A DNA stretch of 64,000 bases from Haliotis rufescens (Eukaryota): assembly GCF_023055435.1 (NCBI RefSeq), contig NW_025963846.1, positions 8,494,001 to 8,558,000 of the forward strand, read 5' to 3'. Positions 40,085 through 52,265 of the stretch are shown here, one piece after another. A model generated the notes under the pieces. It was not told where the DNA came from, ran no database searches, and saw only the letters and a list, made by a program, of their open reading frames with translations. The number at the start of each line of letters is the position of its first letter. The first letter of the stretch is position 1. The position numbers and the translations under genes were made by a program.

Positions 40085-40399
40085 ATAAGGTGGAATGGGG
40101 CTTAACGTTGCGCTCAAGATTATTGCACTTATATAGCGACGTGCATTTGTGTGTGTTTGTCCGGACAAATGCCAATTTTATAGTGCTAGCCCACTGAGAT
40201 AGCATGCCGCAGTTAAACATGAATACCCCACTCAGACACAGTATACTTTAGCTACTTGTTTAGCCCCTTAATGCCGAGCGCCAGGCAGGGAAACAACAAG
40301 TACCATATCTTAATGCCTTTTGGTATGACGCGGCGGGGATCGAACCCCGGACCTTCCGCTCTCGGGGCGGATGCTCTACCACTAGACCACGGAGGCGGT
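40085..40399 (-). mobile_element. SINE family E (tRNA head, Meta/MESC-like core)
   Basis: A and B boxes, then gtcataccaaaaggcattaag...ggtacttgttgtttccctgcctggcgctcggcattaaggg, which resembles the Meta central domain (from recall). Confidence 0.85.
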
Positions 40400-40874
40400 C
40401 AAGGGCGAGAGAAGTTACCAGTTACACATTGGATTTCCTATTTTTTCATCCGTACTTACTTAAATGCATGATGGATGTCCGAGAGACAAAGTCGTGCATC
40501 TATGTGATAATAAACTGTAATGGCTGTTCTAATGTACCTAATGCAAAACACAACTGTGAAATGTTTAGAAGATCGCTAGCATATGACTGAAATCGGCGTA
40601 AAACCATACCCACTCACGTAGTGATATGAAAGGGACCAACCAACAGCGATATATTGACAAATCGTTGATAATATATTCGACTCGTTATTTCCTATGGTGG
40701 GATCTCGAACTTATATCTATGAATTTCTTCTCCTCTATATCGAAACCATGTTATATCGACGTGTTTAAATTTCTGCGTTCATTTCGAATAATAACTACAC
40801 CTGATACCCCGTATCGGGGGTATCAAAAATCAGTTTAAAACAATCACCCATTCATCATTCACATGAACATAATC

Positions 40875-41144
40875 TGTTTGTTTGTTTGCTTGTTGTTTAA
40901 CGCCGCACTCAGTGAAATTCAAGCTATATGACGGCTGTCTGTAAATAATCGATTCTGGACCAGACACTCCAGTGATTGACATCATGAGCATCGATCCACG
41001 CAATTGGGATACGATGACATGCATCAATCAAGTCAGCGAGCCTGACCACCCGATCCCGTTAGTCGCCTCTTGCGACAAGCATGGTCACTCTTTACGGCAA
41101 GCATAGGTTGCTGAAGACCTATTCTACCCCGGATCTTCACGGGT
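40875..41144 (-). mobile_element. Family D retroposon, full length
   Basis: Same 5' start and (CAAA)n tail as 2986-3238. Imperfect flanking duplication aacat(a/c)atc. Confidence 0.85.
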
Positions 41145-43633
41145 ACACAACATCATCAAGTACCAACAATCTTGTACCAAAAATCTTGAAAAACAAATTC
41201 AGTACCACAAATCAAAGACATATTATAAGTAAGGAGGGTTTGGGAAGGTTAGGCAACAACAACTAAATGTGTTATGGTGACAAAGTTTCGAGTATGATAC
41301 AATAAAATAAACCCTACAAAATCCACTCCAAAATAATTAGACACGTTTACTTATACCGTTTTACGATATATCAAGAGCATGTGTTAATGAATCACAATCA
41401 AATTAGTGATTTTGCGGAAACGTGAGCGTATCCTGCCTCGTCGGTGGCATCCGTCACAAACACATGCACAGGCAAATCAAATGTTCACCAGAAAAACAAC
41501 ACGGGAACAAATGGTATAAGTCAAAATAGATAATTACATCTGGCATCATTGGTATCTAATTTGGAAATGTCCTCCACAAGTGTGCCATGAAAGTTTTACC
41601 GGAGTCTTCACTGGATTTCGTTATTATCATTTGTACACGTGTATTATCACTCACATCATCAATGCATCAGTAATGATAACAACAACAGGTGATCCGTACA
41701 CGTTATATAACAATGTTTTGAATTTTATTCAATATGAAAAGTTGCAATATCTCGACTCTTTGCCTGCCCCTTGTCTAAATGAGTTAGTTTTTATCACGTC
41801 TCCAAAGAACGAAATCGTATATCAAATATTAAGATAATTGACAATGCCTCCAGATTGGAAAGCCTTTATGATAACCAAGAGGGAGTACTTAATTTGTATG
41901 AGTATTTGATTGGTTTATATGAAGCTAGGTCTGACATGACCTTGAAGACTTGGTCCACTTCAGACACCACCGAGGCCCTTTAACCTTTTTTTTCCGGCTT
42001 TGGCCACACCAAGATTAGCTTATTATACCTACCTCCCCCGTAAATAGTATATTCTATGGAAGGCAACTTGCATAAATGGGGATTTCTATAGTGATGAAAT
42101 TCCTATAAATACAACGGAACAAATAAAAGGGATATGGTATGATTGTTTGTGGATTTTCTTTGAAAATGGACATTGGTAAATGTCTGTGACCTATGGACAT
42201 TCGGGGACGATCAGGGAGATAATTGTAACTTTGTTAACCGAATGGTTTACATTATTTAGATCTAAACATTTAAACATTTTGTTGTTAGACATGATAATCA
42301 ATACGCATATATAAACTGATAAAGAACTTTATTTCATGTCGAGACAGTCAAATATTTAGATATTCTCGTTGTCAATACACTCAAGATGAATCACCTATCA
42401 TATATTATGAGAACGCAATAACATTGAAAATATATTTTGTTAGAATTGCACAAGTCTCTGAGGCAATAATTATTAGTTTAAAACATAATTTCTAGATCAT
42501 ATAAATAATAAGAACAAGTTGTCCCAAAAAGAGACTGGTGTCCTGTTCACATATCTAGACTTGCCTATTAGGAGGATAGAATTACTACACATCCATGGAC
42601 CTTTCTTTCCGTACAGCCTTGTAGCAAGTCTAATCAAATTGTGTCTGAAAAAATATATAAGTTGAAATTAGTGACGATATGAAACATGTATGTATTAAAT
42701 CTGAATGAAAGATAACCTTGCAGCAAACAGGACACGAACACTTTAATTAATCTTTGGTTTCATTTTGAATTAAATGGATACTGTTTACTTTTGCAGTCTG
42801 GAGAAAATATTGACACATTTTTCGAAAACCTTACGTCATCGTCGACCTCACGTCAACCCGTTAATGATGACATTTTTCAGTTCCATTTTTCTATCGTTTG
42901 GCTGAGATTTGAAAACTTCTTTTTCGACAACGCATAGATTTACATACACACACGAAATGTCAATCTTTTTCATGATAAGTATTTTTCAAACTTTGATTTA
43001 CATTCTTCAAGCCTTTCAAGTTTTCCAATTATCCCAGTGAAAAAGGACAGCCTGAGTGGCGACATATTAACACATCTCCTGGTTCACATTCTGGGAAAGT
43101 ATTTTCAACAAATATGAACACTTTGGCGAGAAAGACGTTGTGGTAAACAGGGAAAATGTAAGGCTACATGCCGCATAGAGTGGTAGTATGCCATATTTGT
43201 ATAAATAGTTTTTATATTTCACGCAAACACCACCTTCATATTCCACAGATGAAAATATTCATTAATCACGATGAAGTAACAAATACTATCATGAACTAGT
43301 TTCATGCTCGTGACGTAATACATGTAGGTAAATAATGTAAAAACATATCTGTGTCATCGAGTTTTAAACAAACTTAGAGTTAAAAGTGTGCAGAACTTAT
43401 TTCCATCTCTTTATTGTCTGAGTCAGGGTTCTGTGCTGTCCCGAAGAAAGCGGTAAAGGCACGGTTCAATATCTCCCTCACTGATAAACATCTGTAACCG
43501 CATTCCTCTCCCCATACGTAGCGTGTTTGCCTCCAGTTAAAATATCCCCTGCTCTTAAAGTGTAGGATAATTATCATGTAAGTGAAATCTTTCTCATGCA
43601 CATATAAAGTTATACATGGTCAGGCGATATGTC

Positions 43634-43793
43634 NNNNNNNNNNNNNNNNNNNNNNNNNNNNNNNNNNNNNNNNNNNNNNNNNNNNNNNNNNNNNNNNNNN
43701 NNNNNNNNNNNNNNNNNNNNNNNNNNNNNNNNNNNNNNNNNNNNNNNNNNNNNNNNNNNNNNNNNNNNNNNNNNNNNNNNNNNNNNNNNNNNN
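43634..43793. other. Assembly gap (160 N)
   Basis: Run of N. Confidence 1.
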
Positions 43794-44929
43794 GATTGTT
43801 CAAACGGTACTTGCAAATGAAAATTATTTGTATTGAAACAGATAAGAGAGAGAGAGAGAGAGAGCGATTAGTTAATTTCAGAATTTGTCTGATTTCGCAA
43901 AGAAACGAATTTATAAATATTGCCTTCCATGCCATGCCTTGTCACGATTTTGCATGGAAGGAAACCGATGCTGTTATAAGTTTCAGGGTATAGATTCATT
44001 CCTTACCTAAATGATTTGATTCAAATGTTGACAAAATGCATTCACAAAGCACCATTCTTACGAAAATAATACCAAGGTTGATAGTGACACAATACCATAT
44101 TTATAGAAAATATCAAATATACAGTAACCACTACCTTTTTTCATCCCATCTTGCACCGAGTGTACGACTCATCATTAATGCGGGGAATAGAGGAAACACA
44201 ATCGGGAAACTAAACGATTAAAACAAAATATGTTATGGTAACAAATAAGCATGTCATTTCGTCGGATTTGGGGGTTTGAGCGGATTTCGCAAGGTATGCT
44301 TCCTCTTGTGTAGACTTACAAGTGTGACCGGGATTACTTGCATATAGGGACACGTCCAGGTGTACATTATAGCTTTGCTCTATGTTTTTTTTTACACCAG
44401 CATATAAGTATTGTTACAGTTTCTCTATTTATATACGCTCAAATCAGTAGCACTGTTTGGAGGTGTGCATATTTCACTGAAATTTATTATAAACTATGTT
44501 TCAGTTGGTGATATCTGAAATGTGAATCATGTTTTTCCATGGGAATATTAGAAACAATTTGCGTAAACAAAACGAACGGTTGTTCTGCCTGTTTCTGTCA
44601 AGGTCGGAGTGGTTTTAGAGGTCAGAAACTATACAGGGTGTCAGGTGTTGGGGCGAGCGCAATTTGAAGGCTATCAACACTTAACGGCCACCGGCAGTTG
44701 AGGGGTCTGTGACGGGGCCCATGCCAAGTGTATTTGATTTTGCTAGGCCCAATCCTGAATCGCGGCAAAGTGCGACCAGTGCAGGCAAAGACGCTCTTGA
44801 GAAAACGTGAGTTGCTTGTCTGCCAAACCTGTTGTTTGTCCGAGGAAAACTGTAAGTGGATAAATCGCAGACAAATATGTAAACAATGGTTGGAATTGTT
44901 TCAATCGTCCCTGTGTGTTTTGTATCCAT

Positions 44930-44970
44930 TATAAAAGGCCGCGCGGCACAGGTTAGAGGCACAGTCAGCT
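44930..44970 (+). promoter_or_regulatory. TATA box and probable initiator of the deacetylase gene
   Basis: TATAAAAG at 44930-44937 and an Inr-like CAGTC about 30 bp downstream (44962), about 120 bp before the ATG. Confidence 0.65.
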
Positions 44971-45079
44971 CAGCTGCTCATTCAGAACAGGTGGAATAGA
45001 TACACTGCAAGCCACACGGCGAGCTACACTTGTCTTTAAAACTACACTATATCTCGGAGTTATACTGAAGTCTACCATC

Positions 45080-45899
45080 ATGATTCCTCAACTTGTCGTA
45101 GGAGCCTTGCTAGCAAGTCTTGCCTCAGCAGCAGTCAAGCTTGACATTAAGTGTTCCGACCACGGAGCCTTCAACTGCCACTCCTCGGATGCCGGAGCCT
45201 TCACCAGATGCCTCGACGGTCAGCTCTACGAGTTCTACTGCCCAGATGGACTCCACTTCAACACCCAGACCCAGACCTGTGACTGGCCCGAATCTGCCGA
45301 CTGTAGCTACAAACTCGGAGGAAGTGCCAAACAAGTGAAGAAAGTGGCTGAATCTGCTTCAAAGGTGGGTGGATCTGCATCAAGCGGTTCCAGCGGTTCC
45401 AGCGGTTCCAGCGGCTCCAGCGGCTCCAGTGGTCATGGTGCTACCCCCCATCCCTGGTGGAGACCAAAGAACGTAGACCCTGCTTCATGGGAAAGAACCG
45501 ATAACCTCTTCGAGCTTCCATTCGACAAGGACAGCAGCGATGGCGGAGAACACACATCAAACTCTGGCAGCTCTGGTAGCTCTGGCAGCTCTGGAAGCTC
45601 TGGTAGCTCTGGCAATTCTGGAAGCTCTGGTAGCTCTGGCAATTCTGGAAGCTCTGGAAGCTCTGGAAACTCTGGCAGTTCGGGTAGTTCGGGTAGTTCC
45701 GGCAGCTCTGGTAACTCTGGTAAATCTGGAAGCTCAGGCGATCACTCTCACGGAGCGGGTGGTCACGGGTCCCCACAGGAACCGACTCACGACCACAAAC
45801 CCGCCCCACAGCCTGAGAAACCCGTCCATAACCCCATCAGCGCCTCTGCTGACAAGACCCACAGACCAGACCACGGCAGCGTCTCCAAGCCTGAAGGAG
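45080..45899 (+). CDS. Chitin deacetylase-like gene, coding exon 1 (signal peptide, CBM14/peritrophin-A domain, Ser/Gly-rich and His/Pro-rich linker)
   Basis: ATG in an ACCATCATG context. Hydrophobic leader MIPQLVVGALLASLASA. Six-Cys domain containing CPDGLHFN...CDWP. Strong C-ending codon bias. Donor GAG|GTGAGT at 45900, phase 1. Confidence 0.92.
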
Positions 45900-47507
45900 G
45901 TGAGTCTACTTCGAATATAGAGCGTATCGGAGTAATTACAGTCCGTACATAACAAATTTATACCTGAGTTACGAATAACTGACAAAACTTCCAGAATGTT
46001 TAGGCTGTCATATTGCAGAATATTATTGAAAACACTCATTAATTAACCCCTTTTAAGATTCTTCAGGACAGGAATAAGAGCAATCATGTTAGACTTGCTT
46101 TCATTTAATGATTTTAGGGTGGCATTTATTAAAGACATACAGCTAACACAAGGTTAAGACTTCATATCAACTTTTACCAAAGATTTAGTGACTCGTAAAA
46201 ATGTAAAACAATCACATGGTCACAAAGATCAGTCTGGTAATTGCGTAACATGTACCATTAAATTTTGTCTAATCACGTACTTTTATAACTTTGCAAAACA
46301 ATTATAGCTATTTCCAGACAATTATGTTGATATGTTTAGTATACAAAAATGTATATTCTGACCCTACTAAATTACTTCAGCAAAGCATGATCGATCATTG
46401 TAGTATCACAAAGGAATGCGATTTCATTAACGTTAATGTTTATTGAGAGAATGACAACATAAATCAAATAGGCATGTTTCATTGCTAAAATGTCCATTTC
46501 AATTTTCCAAAAGTAAACATGTGTACATTCGTCTAAGTTGGTATTCATATATATAGACGAGTGTCAAATCGTTATCGGCTTCGAGTAATTTAATTTAAGG
46601 ATGCTGGTTTATTGAGATAATCAAATTCAGCTTTAAAAATTCTCACGGAATATAAAGGAAACACTTTTTAAAACACGTGGATTAACAAGACAATAACGAC
46701 ACCATCGGCATTTTAATGTGGATCAAATGCACATGGCATTCATATTGGTCGACACACAAAAAGGATTTGTTTTCCGGGCCATGTGGAGAGAGCTCTAAAC
46801 ACGACAATGTCAAACAGCGTTATTTTCTAATATGATTGCAAACAAATGTCTCTAAATATACCCATGGACATCTGCGTAACGAACATTTATTTTACGTCAA
46901 CTGCAATATTTTGATTTTAACCCGTTAACCACATGTAATGTCATTGTTTGGGATGTTAATATTGGCGAACCTTGTCGATCTATGCACATACGTTTTAGTA
47001 CCCTCGTTGTGTGGAAGCACGTGGTTGCCGGGATGGCAAACACCGCTGTCTTCAGTGTTGACACGACAACACAAGGCCGGTTCTACAAGATCAATACAAC
47101 ACCGCTCTTACCGTTGGCAGATTAAATGTTGTTTTAATTCTTTTCTTTTTACGAACGTTCATTCGATGACATTGTAAACGGTATTAAAATATTTCGTCTG
47201 CAATCGTGTGTACATTTTAAGAAAATAGTCGTGTGATATATTCTCATTTTATTTAAGACGTAAATGAACGAATAGCCGAGTAATGATACCATTCCAAATT
47301 CCGCTAATTTTCTTAGAACGGGCTACCTGTAGAGCAGTACATGCTTACCCATGTTCGCCACTATTTTGCAATTTACGCCCAATGGAATCTCTTTCGCCGA
47401 TTCTCTGGCGTTGAAGTTTAAAATTATAGTCTTTTTGAACTCTGTGCTAAATGATAAAATACAACTTTAGATGCAACGGTTATACACACTCTTTACTTTC
47501 TCCTCAG
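45900..47507 (+). other. GT-AG intron of the chitin deacetylase-like gene (1608 bp)
   Basis: GTGAGT donor and ctttactttctcctcAG acceptor. Splicing preserves the frame. AT-rich, with a family C remnant near 47325-47420. Confidence 0.88.
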
Positions 47508-48472
47508 AATGTGGCCCCCACAACTGCAAGCTCCCCAGCTGCTACTGTCCCGGCTCCAGCATCCCCCACGGCCTCTCCCCCAAGAGCACCCCCCAGATGG
47601 TCATGATCACCTTCGACGACGAGGTCTCCGCCGCCTACTACGGCTACTTCCAGCGTCTGTTCCGTCCCGGCAGATACAACCCCAACGGTTGCCCCGTCCG
47701 TGGTTGTCTCTACGTCAGCGGCTCCGGCACCGACTACGACCTGGTGTATCCCCTGTACGCCATGGGTGTTGAGGTCGCCAGCCACACCTTGTCCCACAGA
47801 TTCCCCCACACCTGGTGGTCCACCGCCTCGTACAGAGAATACTACGATGAGGTCATCGGCATGAAGAGAGCCCTCACCGAGAAGGCTGGCGTGCCCCAGG
47901 AAAGCATCAAGGGTTTCCGTGTCCCCTTCCTTCAGCTTGGCGGCGACAATATGTACAAGACCCTTTACGATGGTAAATTCACTTACGATACTTCCATGTT
48001 CACCGGGGCTGTCTGGGAAGGCGGCGAACCAGTCTGGCCCTTCACCCTTGACTTTGTCCCCGGACAGTACTACTGTCAACACGGCCCCTGCCCACAAGAC
48101 CAATACCCCGGCCTCTGGGAGATCCCTGTCCAGCGTTGGTACGGAGTTGATGGTCACTCTTGCGCTATGCCCGATGGTTGCACTTCCACTGGTGATGCTG
48201 ACGAAGCTCTTGAATTCTTCCGTAGCAACTTCCTCCGTTATTACAACTCCAACCGCGCCCCACTTGGCATTTTCGTCCACGCCAGATGGTTCCACACAGA
48301 ACATCACATCGAGGCCCTTGACCGCTTCATCGACGAGCTGTTGCAGATGGATGATGTCTACATCGTCACACCGTCCCAGGTGATTGAATGGATGAAGAAC
48401 CCAACTCCTGTTCATTCAGTTGGCGGCTTCGGGCCCTGGTCTTGTGAGGGAGGAGTTGACAAGAGGAAGTAA
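47508..48472 (+). CDS. Chitin deacetylase-like gene, coding exon 2 (CE4/NodB polysaccharide deacetylase domain); spliced product 594 aa
   Basis: Polypyrimidine tract and CAG acceptor at 47505-47507. Phase 1 matches exon 1 (G|AA = Glu). Motifs TFDD, HTLSH, GFRVPFL, YDTSM, GLWEIP, RAPLGIFVH and the N-terminal CKLPSCYC are typical of animal chitin deacetylases. Stop TAA at 48470-48472. Confidence 0.95.
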
Positions 48473-49171
48473 GCCTGATAACGCTACACTATATATGACG
48501 AGAAACAGTGAACTTCACTGAAAAAGTTCAATGATCTGTTAAACGATGCACTTAATACCATCAACAATCCCTGTTCAGAACATTGCTCAACGTTTTCAGG
48601 TTTTTCAAGTTAGTCGTACTGTCAGGGTCACGTTCCTCATATCATTACAATTTCAGAGTGTTTATCAGATCATTCATTTGTATTCTAAAATACGAAGGCC
48701 ATTCATTATGATCCATTTCTCATATTTTGTGATAAATATCTCCTTGAGAGTCAAACGTGACTATCATCTATCCACATACGCCATCTCGTTTTCCTGTGTT
48801 CGTATGTATACCATATCTCTATATTTGATCAAAATCTATATTTTTCTTCGAATTACATACAACGTATGTTTCAAATCAAATAGAAGATAATGTTTCTAAT
48901 GAAATAGATGAGAGGCAGCAAATGCTGCAAGCCGTTGAGACGAGAGAAGGATGCATTTATCTGATGCTGAAAGTCGAGGAGAGATTTGATTGTACATAAA
49001 CCGTTATGTTTGGAGTGTGTGTCTTGAGAGTGTGTGATAAGGATCCTATGCATGTATGTATGCGAATTTTGATTGTGTTGTATATTTACCTCATTTGTGT
49101 CACATAGTCTTGCCATTGTATCATATCAGCGGTCACATGAAGGCTGTATATTGCTTATATCCCATTGCAAC

Positions 49172-49177
49172 AATAAA
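49172..49177 (+). terminator. Probable polyadenylation signal of the deacetylase gene
   Basis: AATAAA about 700 bp after the stop codon, followed by a T-rich stretch and then repeat-derived sequence. Confidence 0.55.
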
Positions 49178-49659
49178 ACTTCATTGAAATTATTTGAAAC
49201 TTTGTATTCATTTCATTCACACTGCCGAGTGTAGGAGTGTAGGATGACAACCCATGACAACAATCGGGACGAAAACGTTACTTAATCATGTTTCATACTT
49301 TGAATATTACTTAGGTTACAAACATTTACCTTCTTATGCAAAATGTCGGTGCCACCGTTAAAGCAGGACATGCTTACACCTGCGTCATCACTGATTTTCA
49401 GTGGTTTATTCATTTATTTATCACTATTTGCCTGTAAAGCCAAATGGAATATGGTTCGAAAGATAGTCGCAACTGGTTATTCTCTAACGTTGACGTTTGG
49501 AATTTATATGAGACGAGGTTTTCGTTTACTGGGGTATTTCATTGAGTCGTTGATAAATACCTGCGACTGCGATATGTCCACACAGCCTCTCATTATCACG
49601 AATAGTAAATACGATGCTCTGCGACTGATTATCAGTTGCACTTTATCCTGCTAGGAAGA

Positions 49660-49838
49660 CACTTGTTTCAACGACCTGCTTTTCATTTCATTGTTGTCAT
49701 ATGCAATTATGACATTGTTCCCAGTTGTTTGAATTGGTGCTCATGATGCGAATTGTCAATCACTGGATTTCCGGTCCAGACTTGAATAGTTACAGACCAC
49801 CGTCGTGAGTGAGTGCGCCTTTAACCAACAAACACAAC
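49660..49838 (+). mobile_element. Family D 3' part, degenerate
   Basis: caatcactggatttccggtccagac...tacagaccaccgtc...ttaaccaacaaac. Confidence 0.55.
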
Positions 49839-51376
49839 CGTTACAACAACAGTTATATGCAATGGGTGTTCACTTGTCTAGTTCTACAGATATTACACGT
49901 GTGAATACTACCATGTAGATCTAGTGAGTAGATATACCAGTGAACATATATACGCTTCGGCACCCGCACACTGCTGACCTCTCAGTATAGTCAACCAACT
50001 TTCACACACTTCCACCAAATGTCACTGCAATGAGTATAGGTTTGGCTTAAACAATAATATTATGATAATCACTTCATGTGGAACATATGAAAATTCAGCG
50101 AAATGCTGTTGAGTAGCACTGGTATACACTAAAATAATAGGGTACGGTGCTTTCACTACATATTTCTCCGCTCCCGTGGTAATACCACTGTGGTAGTCGC
50201 TATGCATGTTAGCGTTTAATACTGGCTGACGTCACTTGCTGTCAGTCATACCCAAACGTGTGAAAATGTTAAGCTTTCATACTATACTCGACGCAAGAAT
50301 CAACACCTCATTTTTGTTGTGTTGTGCGTCGAGAGAATATGCAACCGTTTATTTTTAAAAAATGATGCAAAAAAATGATGTTTTGTATTCGCTCACAGAA
50401 GAATGCATGTTTCTTGTTTGTAACCGTGTAGTGTTATGTTTGACATAGAATGACATGGTTTTCCCAAACAACTCAGTTCAAAGGCATCTCAAATGCTTGA
50501 GCCTCATGACGAAGTTGTTAGGCTTTGATGGAGGATTTGTATGTGGCGAGGAACCCGACCCCGGCCGTAAGTCGAAGTGTCTCATGAGCTAAGACAGCTT
50601 ATCCTAGTCATGGTTACTACCGTCATCACGTTATCAGTCTCTGGCCAACTTGGCGTGACTCCTCATCTTCATCTGGAAGGAGGGCAAGGGTAAATATTGT
50701 TTTAGAATACGTTCTTGCGATTGTTAAATGGAAGTTGGCAATATACACATAGAGCGAAATAAATCAACAAGTGAAAACCAAAATAACTGGGGTTTATCTT
50801 TATATAATTCAGCGGTGACATTGACCTTGGTATATGCTGGCGAGAACCTTGCACCCGACGTCGCCAGTGGTACTGCGGCGATTCTATATGCTGGCGGTAG
50901 TTGTTTGTAGATTTCATATCTGTTTAGTTACTGTTGCACGCGACAGATTTTGACCCACGCGGTGTGCGCATGTCAGTCTTACTTCCATCAACCGGTTAAG
51001 CAATGCTGCCCCAAGTATTTCTCCTTAGCTTCAAGATTATTGACATATTAAACATTTAAATCAATGGTGTAACGCCACATCCAGATTAAGTAAATGTTTA
51101 AGTCATATGAGAAACATCTGTTTCAGATTGCTGCAAGGACTGCAATCCGGTTTCATTTCAAAAGCTGAAAAATGATTTCTGTTATTTACTATGAAGAAGA
51201 CAAAATATATCACTTACTCAAGCTGGACCCGATCTTAAGATAAATGGACAATTACGTTTTAAAACCACGTTTCGTTAATTATCTGAAACGAGTAAAACAA
51301 AAAGAAGGTAACCTTTTAGAGTATTTCATTTGGAAAACATGGAAAAAACTATCCCCGTCTTTCACAGTAACAATCG

Positions 51377-51537
51377 GGCGTTAGGGTAGCCTAGTGATTA
51401 AAGCGTTCGCTCGTCACACCGAAGTCCCGTGTTCGACTCCCAACATGAGTACAATGTTTGAAGCCCATTTCCGGTGCCCCCCTGTGGTATTGCTGATATA
51501 GTGCCAAAAGCGGCGTACAACAATATTCACTCACTCA
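51377..51537 (+). mobile_element. SINE family A
   Basis: Full-length match to the consensus. Confidence 0.85.
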
Positions 51538-51660
51538 TATTCGCAATAATTTAAAGTTGATCATGATTGGAAAATATCCAATCAGGTTGATGCTCAACGA
51601 GGGCTGTCACAAGGTGACTATCTCCCCTCAATTATTACTTTATGTGTTACTTTTAAGTGC

Positions 51661-51761
51661 GGGGCGGTCGGTGGCCTGGTGGTTAAAGCGTTCGCTCGTC
51701 ACGTCGAAGATCCGGGTTCGATTCCCGACTAAGGTACAATGTGTGAAGCCCATTTCTGGTG
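51661..51761 (+). mobile_element. SINE family A, 3'-truncated
   Basis: Head with an intact B box GGTTCGATTCC. Confidence 0.85.
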
Positions 51762-51992
51762 CTTGCGGGTCTTATAGTTATTCGTTATGGTCAAAGGAAA
51801 AGGTCGAATGGTCTGATTCACCATAAACTACGTCAAACATACTGAATATCTGATTGATTATATTCAAGATGATACACCAACCCAATGATCCACCCTGAAA
51901 ATATATAATGACTATTTCACAACTATTCCAAGGTCAACCAATCTGTCTAAAATCTTATATTACTTCACAAAGTAATTCTCGTTTACTGGTTT

Positions 51993-52265
51993 CAAAGTAA
52001 ACACAATTTATGGATAACAACTTCTTTATTTTACTCTAATGACGACGTTTCGGTATAGATCCTCATACCGTTGTCAAGCACGGCTAAAACATGAAACATG
52101 GTACAGAATATATATCGTGGGTGGAGGATTAACAGAAACAACAATTGTATATATGAGAGAGATTAACATGAGTACGTTAAATAATAACAACAGAGGGATA
52201 ATGCTGTAACAGCTGCCATTACAGTAAAATAAAGAAGTTGTTATCCATAAATTGCGTCTACTTTG
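51993..52265. mobile_element. Penelope-like terminal-repeat remnant with 49-bp inverted arms
   Basis: 51993-52041 and 52217-52265 are inverted repeats with 3 mismatches and enclose the hammerhead-like motif. Confidence 0.55.
52040..52082 (-). ncRNA. Candidate minimal hammerhead ribozyme of Penelope type
   Basis: Minus strand reads TTGACAA-C-GGTAT-gaggatct-ATACC-GAAAC-GTC, followed by AATAAA. Stem I pairing is weak. Confidence 0.45.

Noticed and set aside
45433-45920. (LPE)n, (QSF)n and (ALE)n ORFs
   Set aside because: Alternative frames and strands of the Ser/Gly coding repeat.
45900-45952. Treating 45080..45952 and 47471..48472 as two separate genes
   Set aside because: Phase-compatible consensus splice sites join them. 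The extra terminal residues are intronic.
47504-48415. 303-aa antisense ORF and other overlapping ORFs on exon 2
   Set aside because: Shadow ORFs produced by the strong codon bias of the real gene.
49240-49285. Second hammerhead-like string (tgacaa...gaaaacgtt)
   Set aside because: Stem II and core spacing do not fit.
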